Below are positions 54,845-64,000 of a DNA stretch of 64,000 bases, piece after piece. The DNA lies in contig OZ024751.1 in the NCBI GenBank assembly GCA_964016885.1, positions 29,326,001 to 29,390,000 on the forward strand, read 5' to 3'. The notes below the pieces were generated by a model. It was not told the DNA's origin, did no database searches, and saw nothing but the letters and a program-made list of their open reading frames with translations. The DNA comes from Eledone cirrhosa (Eukaryota). Position 1 is the stretch's first letter. The number at the start of each line of letters is the position of its first letter. Made by a program: the position numbers and the translations under genes.

Positions 54845-55036
54845 ATACCTGATCTGAATATAAGCAGACCCCCGCTCAATTCTATGTCTGAGAAATAAGC
54901 AAAAATCCAAACCCTGTTTATAATCTGAGGCAGGTAACCAACACAATGTTTAGATGGCATATATAAGTTAAGCACCCATTTTACTTTGTTTTTTTCCTCG
55001 ATCACATATTCCTTGGCTTATATTCAAGTATATATT
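54845..55036. mobile_element. TIR MITE, homologue of 63365-63584
   Basis: Shared tatgtctgagaaat...tttataa...gaggcag...tagatggcatatata and right end ggcttatattcRagt. Confidence 0.7.
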
Positions 55037-55237
55037 CTATATTTTCTTTTTTGTGGTATTTTTTTATAGTTGATTACCCTTCCTGGTGATAACACTTTTA
55101 TTTGCCCCTCAAGACCCACACAGATACAATGTTGTTGTTGTCATTGTCGTCATCATCATTATCATCATCATCCGTTCTCCCAGCCAGCAAATTTGGTACC
55201 TATTTTGATCTGGAAACACTTGATTCTTAGATATATA

Positions 55238-55450
55238 TCGGGCAGGTAAAATTCCCGAGATCCATGGACAAGTTCTCTCCAGCGGTCTCTGTCCCTCATC
55301 ATCGCTGCCAAGTCCTGCATCTCCAAGAGACCAGTGTCTGTCCTTAGGTCATCAACATATGTCAACCTCGGTCTCCTTCTTTTAGTATGTCCATGCATGG
55401 GGCTCCCACAAGAGCACTGAATGCAGTGTCAACTCTGGATGTCGGTGAGC
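55238..55450 (-). mobile_element. RTE-like LINE family 4 C-terminal fragment
   Basis: LWEPMHGHTKRRRPRLTYVDDLRTDTGLLEMQDLAAMMRDRDRWRELV, an RTE-type RP-x-x-TY-x-D...DR-x-x-WR motif. Confidence 0.78.
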
Positions 55451-55481
<31 letters not shown>

Positions 55482-55531
55482 ATAAAATAAAATAAATAAG
55501 TCAAATATTTAAAATTTGGCTTTTTTTATTG

Positions 55532-55584
55532 CTGCTATATATATTTCGGTGACAGCCATCTTTGGCTGTGACCTCTTCAGGCAG
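55532..55584 (-). ncRNA. type I hammerhead ribozyme, near intact, in a Penelope-like terminal fragment (about 55510-55715)
   Basis: Minus strand ctgc-CTGAAGA-ggtcacagcca aaga tggctgtcacc-GAAA-tatat-ATA-gcag, then AATAAA. 11-bp stem II with one mismatch. Confidence 0.82.
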
Positions 55585-55732
55585 TCCGAATTGGTGTGGT
55601 AGAGACGGGTACACCTGTTGTTGAGGTGTTTAACTTTGTCAATACTCCGATATGCCCAGTTCCTGGTTAGGTTGTTATATACTGAGGTGTCGGTAAACAC
55701 CCAACATATACTAAAAATATATATATATATAT

Positions 55733-55899
55733 ATAGGAAAAAGTATGACCCCGACGGCAGAGCTCAAGCCGTTTCGACGGCTATTTCTGGACTCTGCCGT
55801 CAGGGTCATACTTTTTCCTATTTCCCACTCTACTACCCTAAGTATTGAGTACTCTGGTGCGTTATGGTCCATCTGGTTCCTTACCACAATTCCTTTGTT
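55733..55899 (+). mobile_element. family C, copy 5
   Basis: Hairpin 55733-55821 ataggaaaaagtatgaccc / gggtcatactttttcctat with the inner right arm deleted, then the conserved tail; (TA)n on both sides. Confidence 0.88.
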
Positions 55900-56870
55900 A
55901 TATATATATATATATATATATGTACATACATACACACACACACACATGCATGTACACATACATACACATAAGTGTATGTATGTGTATGTTTTACCTCTAT
56001 ATTTCTATGATGGTGACTCTTCACAATATATTTGTAATTTATAATTCTCTCTTATATATGCAATAATATATGGAGTTGTTAAGCTTTAGTGTTAGATTTA
56101 GCAACATATTTCTACTTAATACAATCATTTATAATATATATATAATGTCTGTCATTGTTGATGTTCTTATTGTTATTGCTGTTGTCATTATTTATTGTTG
56201 TTGTTGCTGTTACTTTTATTATTGTTGCCATTGTTCTTGCTGTTGTTGTTGTTGTTGTTGTTGTAGGACAATTTCTACCATTTTATTTGATGTTTTTATT
56301 TGTAATTTTAACAATTGGAATCAGAATCTAATGTAATATTTCTTCTGATTGTGTGTGGTGTGTGTGTTTGAATCTGTGTATGTGTATGTTGTGTCTGTGT
56401 GGTGTATATGTATGGTGTGTGTGTTTGTTTGAATTTGTATGTGTGTGTGTGTGTGTTTGTATGTTGCGTCTGTGTGTAGTGCGTGTGTATATGTGGCTAT
56501 CTGTGGTGTATGTGTATATATGTCTGTGTGTTGTATATGTGTATATGTGGCTATATGTGGCTATGTGTGTTTGTTTGACTCGTGTGTTTGTGAATATATA
56601 TGTATATGTATGTGTATGTGTGTGTGTGTGTGTGTATCTATGTGTGGGGTGTGTATGTGTCTGTGTGGTGTGTGTGTATGTGTCTGTGTGGTGTGTGTAT
56701 GTGTCTATGTGTGGTGTGTGTATGAGTCTATGTGTGGTGTGTGTATGTGTCTATGTGTGGTGTGTGTATGTGTCTATGTGTGGTGTGTGTATGTGTCTAT
56801 GTGTTGTGTGTGTGTGTATGTACCTGTGTGAATATGGTGTGTGTTCAGCTCTGTGTGTGTATGTGGTGTA

Positions 56871-56919
<49 letters not shown>

Positions 56920-57543
56920 AAGTTACTGTGTGTAATTTCCTCAGTTTATCACAAAGATTAAGTCACCTCTTTCAATACCATTTTCACAACAGAGAGGAAC
57001 CAATCTGTGAAAACTTTGTCTTGAAGTCAACTTACATTCGGTCACGCTTCACTTATTTTCTTATTCTCTGTCCAAATGTTTGGAATTTCCTGCACTGACC
57101 CCCCACCCATTCCCCATTTTTTTTCTTTTTTTCCTTATTTTTATATTGAGATTTTAGTCTTTGAGACTGAACCTATTGCTTCTTCTGTGACATTCCAACT
57201 CTATTTGCTGTTCTTTAATGAGGTCAGTAAACTGATCAGGCTGCTGATGGCTTCCACCATCTTGTAGCTTTCCATGTGATAAAGCTTGTCTTTTCTGATA
57301 AATCTTATCTCCCAGGACCAGCATCTTCTCTTTCCCTGATTTCCCTCCTCTCCCGTTGCCTCATCCTTTCCCCCTTCCGCTATTCCGCTATCCATTCTTG
57401 CTGTTTCTTCCATGTTTTGACTGCCATTGCTATCAACTATGAGGTGTGCTGGTTGGTTTTAGTAAAAGAGACCCTTTCCATCCATCCATACATCCATATA
57501 TATATATATATATATATACATACATATACATACATATACATAC

Positions 57544-57624
<81 letters not shown>

Positions 57625-58074
57625 TATATATATATATACATACATCCTACATACATCCATAGATACAAATATATATATACATCTGTCCATCCATGCATAC
57701 ATACATCCATCCATATATACATACATATATACATACATGCATCCATACATTCATATATACAGACAGACATATATCCATACATTCATACAGACAGACATAT
57801 ATACATCCATACATTCATACATACAGACAGACATATATACAGACATATATACATACATACATTCATATATACAGTGGCAGATCTGAGGAATTTCCCCGAT
57901 TGCTAACTACTTTTCTGTGGAATTATATGCCATGATTCTACAACATTGCATTTTCTACTTGAAATGTTTGCATGATAAACTGAAAGATAAGACAGCTGAT
58001 GATATGCATGAGGAGAAGCATGGCAGCAAAGACAAAAGGTTGGGTGTGATTAAGAGGTAGGAGAAACGGACATA

Positions 58075-58083
58075 AGTTGATGT

Positions 58084-58127
<44 letters not shown>

Positions 58128-58400
58128 GCAACGGTGATGATGATGATGATGATGATATCAATAGTAACTATAATGATGGCTGTAGTGATAATGATGGCGA
58201 TGATGATGTTGATGACGATGATGATGTTGATGAGGGTTGATGATAACTATGAAGAGGGGGGGGATGATGATGATGATGGTGATGCTGATGATAACTATGA
58301 TGATAATGGGGATGATGATGATGTGGGTGATGATGATGATGATGTGGGTGATGGTGGTGATGATGATGATGATGACTAGGATGATGATGGCGACAATGAT
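58075..58400. repeat. (GAT)n degenerate tract
   Basis: Direct inspection; a similar tract lies at 59040-59262. Confidence 0.92.
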
Positions 58401-59228
58401 ACATTCTGAAAGTGAGAAAACTATAAATAAAATGTAAATTGGCAAAGGTAAAAATAATATAAACAACAAACAACAAAAACATATAGAAAGACAAAAAAAC
58501 AAACAAACAAACAAACAGAGATTAAAGATTCAGATTTGGAAATTCTGTAGTGTCAATGTTTTTAGGTATTTTGGGTCAGCCATGTGTGTTGTATGATTTG
58601 TTATTATTTTGTTGAATACTAAACAACCCCTACAACCTACCTGCTGGCCCCTGCTTCTGCCTTTCTCACCTCTTTCTGTGTACTAGCAAATGACCTTCAT
58701 AGAGAATTGGCCTTTCTCATCTTGACCGTTCTCGCTTGCTTCTTAACCCTTCAACATTGTGTAAGCAGACCAAACATAGAATTAGCCGAATGCCAATTAA
58801 CTATGATGGAAGAAGAACAACCAAAGATTACAGATGTGAAGATAGGGGTACTTGTTAATTTACAGACGTAACTATAATTTGTAATTCTAAGTCGGTCCTA
58901 TTTTTTCTTTTTCTTTTGTAAGGATTGAATGAAATCGTATAGAATGTATGGGGAAAGCATGGTTTCCCCCGACCTGTCTAATCTTTGACTGTGATGATCA
59001 GTCCAACCCATGCAAGCATGGAAAACTGATCTAAAACCATAATGGTGGTGGTGGTGATGACATTGATGGTGATGGTGGTGATGACATTAGTGATGATGGT
59101 GATGATGATAATGATGATAAAGGTGATAGTGATGGTGTTGATGGTAGTGATGATGGTGATGATGATAATGATGATAAAGATGATAGTGATGGTGTTGATG
59201 ATGGTGAGGGTGGGGATGATGGTGGTGG

Positions 59229-59260
<32 letters not shown>

Positions 59261-59434
59261 TAGTAGTAGTAGTAATATACATAAACTGACAGAAGAGAAC
59301 TGTTATAGGCAAGATATGTGCATCATTCTAAATAAATGGTTTACCATTATATATCCTACATTTGGAGGCATCGAATCAACAGAGTTGTTAGAATGTCAGA
59401 TAGAATGCTTTGTGATTGTAATTCCAGCTCCCAT

Positions 59435-59640
59435 ACACTAAATGTTCTATATTTTAGCCACATGCCTTAAAACCTCATAGAACCTTCCTTACTATCATAT
59501 CTTCTAGTATTGCCCTCTCCTCCTTTATACTAAATATCCTATATTTTAGCCAGTTACCTCAAAACCTTACAGAACCCTTCTCTATTATCAGCTTTTCTGA
59601 TATTCCCCCAGACACTAAATCTTCTATATTTTAGCTCTTG
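59435..59640. repeat. diverged tandem repeat of about 90 bp, about 2.3 copies
   Basis: actaaat...ctatattttagc three times. Confidence 0.75.
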
Positions 59641-59693
59641 CCCTTTATATATTTCTCATTACCATTATTCCTCAATTCTATATGATATATGTA

Positions 59694-59736
<43 letters not shown>

Positions 59737-59824
59737 TTATAGTAATTTCCTGCAGTTTAATTCTTCTGGGATATATTTATTTCTTGATTTATTTTATTCC
59801 TGTATCAACATCTATCTTTAAATA

Positions 59825-59947
<123 letters not shown>

Positions 59948-60038
59948 GGTTTTGCTGTTATGTTATATTGTATCTTAACATTACATTACATTTTCTCTAT
60001 TTAAAACAGTGTGTATGTATGTATATATATATATATAT

Positions 60039-60119
<81 letters not shown>

Positions 60120-60142
60120 ATATTATTATATATATATATTAT

Positions 60143-60237
<95 letters not shown>

Positions 60238-60510
60238 ATATATATATGGGTGTATGTATACATTTGTTTGTGTATGTGTTTATATAGAGTGTATAGACCA
60301 TATCAGAAGGAAGAGGGAAACTAGCAAGGGAGATATTAAGAGAAGATAAACTTTGTTGATCCATTTACATTGATAACAATCATAATAAAGGGGAATAATT
60401 ATAATTAGGTTTTATACAAAGTCATCAGAAAAAAAAATCACTGTTGCTAGTATTTTGGTTCAACAAGATGCCTGACTCTCTACTACTATATAATGAAATA
60501 TAGTATTTAC

Positions 60511-60548
<38 letters not shown>

Positions 60549-60954
60549 ATTTATACATATATATATATATATATATACAGTAAATATAATAAATATTTGC
60601 TCTACGGTTTTATATATTTTATATATATATTACCCTTATCGAGCCCTCTTCGGATTTTAGTCTTCACATTTATTATTATTATTACTATATATATATATAT
60701 ATGATGGACTCTCCGATTGTATACCAATGTATAAGGGTTCAATAGTCTTCTCAGTCCAATTTTTTATGGTCATGCCTTAAATGGCACTTTATATATGTAT
60801 ATATATATATATATATATATACAATAAAGGTGGTTGGCATAAGGATGGGTATACAATTGTAGAAACTAAGCCAGTAACAGTCTTGTGTGAGCAAGATAAG
60901 GTCATCTGCTTTGGCCTGTCATACTGTAGAAAAATGGACTTCAGACGGTGATGA

Positions 60955-61022
<68 letters not shown>

Positions 61023-61290
61023 TGTTCTAGAAGTTACACAACCAACCCATGCTAACATAGATAAATGAACATAAAATGTTGATTATGAAAATGATGATGA
61101 TATATATGATATGCATTATTTTATGTCTGGTTTCCATGGGTTTCAATGTTTGTCACAGTTCAGAATAAGACGAGTTGGAGAAGCCTCATCTTGTGCATAT
61201 ATATAAATATATATGTGTGTGTGTGTGAGTGTGAGTGTGAGTGTGTGTGTGTATATATACACACACACACACACACTCACATATATATAT

Positions 61291-61458
61291 AAAACATGGG
61301 CGGAGGTGATGAGAACAGACCTCAGATCGCTGAAGCTCACGGTGGAGATGACGAAGGACTGTGACAAGTGGAGAGATGGTGTGCTGAATAGGACCCGTCC
61401 CACCCTTGCAAGCAGGGAAAAGCGGACGTAAAATGATGATGATGATGATGATGATGAT
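61291..61458 (+). mobile_element. RTE family 2 LINE 3' end
   Basis: KTWAEVMRTDLRSLKLTVEMTKDCDKWRDGVLNRTRPTLASREKRT then stop and (TGA)n. Confidence 0.9.
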
Positions 61459-61532
61459 ATATATATATATATATATATATAATAGAAATGATTTGACAGG
61501 ACTAGAACTGTTTCATTCATAATAAATCATCA

Positions 61533-61700
61533 GGAAAGTGTAGGTGTCACAAGAAGGGTATCCAGCCATAGATACTGAGCCTGAAGCAGTTCTGTATGAG
61601 CAAGACACAGTCACCTGACCCAACTTGCCTGAAATTGGACAACACATCCTAGCATGTAAAATGGACATTAAACGATGATAATAAAGATGATGATGATGAT
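61533..61700 (+). mobile_element. RTE family 1-type tail, decayed
   Basis: gaagggtatccagccatag...gagcaagacac...aatggacattaaacgatg. Confidence 0.75.
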
Positions 61701-61709
61701 ATATATATA

Positions 61710-61787
61710 TTGGGTGTCCTCTAAAATGCATATATAAAATGATTAGAATGCTGTTGAAGTATGTATACATGTTGGGGGGACACCCTG
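61710..61787. mobile_element. Tc1-like mini-MITE of about 78 bp
   Basis: TIRs gggtgtcc / ggacaccctg; inverted homologue of 63839-63916. Confidence 0.75.
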
Positions 61788-62331
61788 TCTATATATATAT
61801 CTATACACCCGGCAATAGTTTCTATATTATTATGGTCTATCTGCTGTATAGATAATGTTTATTTCTGCTAGTTGTTGTTGTTACCACTTATTCCACTTTT
61901 CAAACAAAAAATTTGCCCTCTGAAATTTGTTTGAACTCTTAAGTATTTTTTTCTATACTGATAGAATTTTGATTGATTTTGAAATACAAAAGTCTTTCTC
62001 TCAAGCCGCCAAGTTCAATTATTTTATCGACCACAAGGTCACTAGTTCAAAACTTGCTACTGTATTCTTGTTGTTGTTTTGTTTCTTTTTGCTGCTTATT
62101 TTTTTAGTTATTGACCACCTCTCTAGTGCTGTAGTTATGATAAAGTACACCCAGTACACTCTGTAAAAGGGTAGTATTGGTATCTTGATAAAATGTACTC
62201 TCTCATTCCACTCTGTAAAGTGATAGTGACTGTGTAACAAAAAATGCACCCAGTACACTCTGGAATGTATTAGTGTGGGTACCATGATAAAATGTACCCA
62301 TTCAGTCCTCTCTGTAAAGTGGTAGTAATAG

Positions 62332-62428
62332 GTGGTTCTACTTTTGGCACAAGGCCAGCAATTACCACAGTGCATTACTGGTACTTTAGTTGATCGACCC
62401 CGTAAGGATGAAAGGCAAAGTTAACCTC
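62332..62428 (-). mobile_element. SINE family A 3' half, within an array of 48-bp-like units (62140-62520)
   Basis: Reverse tail and core; flanks repeat aaatgYacccagtacactctgtaaagtg. Confidence 0.8.
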
Positions 62429-62690
62429 TGTCATGAAACAATGCACCAAGTACACCCCATAAAATGTTTGTGTGGGTACCATGATAAAATGTACCCACTT
62501 TATAAAGTGGTAGTAATAGTATAAACAGTATACTCTGTAGAGCGGCCATGGGAAAATTGTGGCTCACGAGCTGCAAGTGTTTAAACTGCTTTGAATTGTT
62601 TTAGTAGCGTGGCCTGTCATATGATGAGCCACATACTAGGTGGCTCACTGCTTGAAATACATTGCTAAGCATTCCATCATTACTATCATC

Positions 62691-62870
62691 GGCAGTATCG
62701 GTAGAGGGTCGGACACCATGCTTTGAAGCATAGAGTTACGTCCCTTTATGATCTGAGTTCAAATCCCGCCGAGGTTAACTTTGCCTTTCGTCCTTACAGG
62801 GTCGATAAAATAAAGTACCAGTAATGTACTGAGGGTAATTGCTGGCCTTGTGCCAAAAGTAGAAACAGTT
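62691..62870 (+). mobile_element. SINE family A
   Basis: Near-consensus copy. Confidence 0.9.
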
Positions 62871-63162
62871 ATCATCATCATCATCATCATCACTATCACC
62901 ATCATCACTATTACCATCACCATCATCACTATCATCATCAGCATTATCATCATCATTTAATATCTGTTTTCACCTGCTAGGAAAGGTTGGACATTTCTCA
63001 GCATATCTCCCAGGGTGGGGGGATGTATTCACACTTTCGTCAGCTGGATCTCTGGGGTAACATCTATTTGTTGTTCCACAAAGAACACAAGATGGACACC
63101 TTAAGAATTAATCGTTTCTCATTAGGAAAGACCTAAATCTATCTCTATCTTATATTATTTCT

Positions 63163-63322
63163 GGTGGATTGGCAGTATCGGTAGAGGGTCAGACGCCATG
63201 CTTTGCAGCATAGAGTTACACCCCTTTATGATCTCAGTTTAAATCCCACCGAGGTTAACTTTGCCTTTCATCCTTACAGGGTCGATAAAATAAAGTACCA
63301 GTAATACACTGGTATAATTGCT
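63163..63322 (+). mobile_element. SINE family A, 3'-truncated
   Basis: Head and core present. Confidence 0.88.
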
Positions 63323-63364
63323 ATAATACATTCAATTTATAGTCAATTCAAACAGTACAGGGTT

Positions 63365-63584
63365 TACCATTTATACTCAAATATAAATCAATCCAAACAT
63401 AAGCCGATCCCACCTTATTTTATGTCTGAGAAATGGGTAAAAATCCAGACCCCATTTATAAGCAGAGGCAGCTGATCAACATGTTGTATAGATGGCATAT
63501 ATATAAGCCCCACCCTTCCGTTTTCCATTGATTTTTTTTTTTTTGTCACAACATATTCCATGGCTTATATTCGAGTGTATATGT
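63365..63584. mobile_element. TIR MITE (Tc1/mariner-pogo-like)
   Basis: catttatactcaaatataa / ttatattcgagtgtatatg inverted ends. Confidence 0.7.
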
Positions 63585-63838
63585 TAAGTGAAGATGTAAA
63601 AAGATATATATGTAAACACATGCGTTTATGTACACAAACATGTTAATGTATTTATATATTTACGCGCTTCATCTTTTTTCAATCTACAGAGATATGTGTA
63701 AATATGATATGTTTACATTATATAAAAAAAATATGTGTTTGCATACTGCATACACATGTCTCACACAGTTTCTGTTAAATATTATACCGTTTATGTATTT
63801 ATAGTATACTTCAGTTGCTTACTGTACAATTTCATATA

Positions 63839-63916
63839 CATGGTGTCCCCAAAAAATATATACACACTTTCAACAGCTTTTTAATCAAAGTGTATACATT
63901 TTTAGGGGACACCCTG
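63839..63916. mobile_element. Tc1-like mini-MITE, 78 bp
   Basis: TA|catggtgtccccaaaaaatatatacac ... gtgtatacatttttaggggacaccctg|TA. Confidence 0.85.
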
Positions 63917-64000
63917 TATAATTCAATTCATGTTATAGAATATGTGGCAATATGAAGAGCATTCAACCATAGGAACCATGTATGTGTGTGTATGTATCCT

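Overview
AT-rich eukaryotic non-coding DNA dominated by (TA)n, (CA)n, (GA)n, (GAT)n and (CAC)n microsatellites and short interspersed repeats. The repeat repertoire suggests a cephalopod (Octopus-like) genome; this is an inference. Almost every ORF in the track is translated simple-sequence repeat. No complete gene, rRNA, true tRNA or CRISPR array is visible. Supported content: (1) about 20 copies of one tRNA-headed SINE; (2) CORE-type SINEs with exchangeable bodies; (3) 3' ends of at least four RTE-clade LINE families; (4) Tc1/mariner-, pogo- and piggyBac-type MITEs, two nested in SINEs; (5) several minisatellites; (6) one fair and one weak isolated exon candidate. The most interesting signals are: (a) at least six sequence-unrelated minimal hammerhead ribozymes in Penelope-like terminal fragments; (b) two unrelated fragments with a hammerhead-like fold in which CCGUCG replaces the CUGANGA core; (c) a (TA)n-targeting element made of a long, sequence-variable but self-matched hairpin joined to a conserved tail of about 80 bp; (d) a tripartite chimeric SINE whose two LINE donors both lie in this window. 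All pairings and coordinates were read by eye, so repeat boundaries are approximate.
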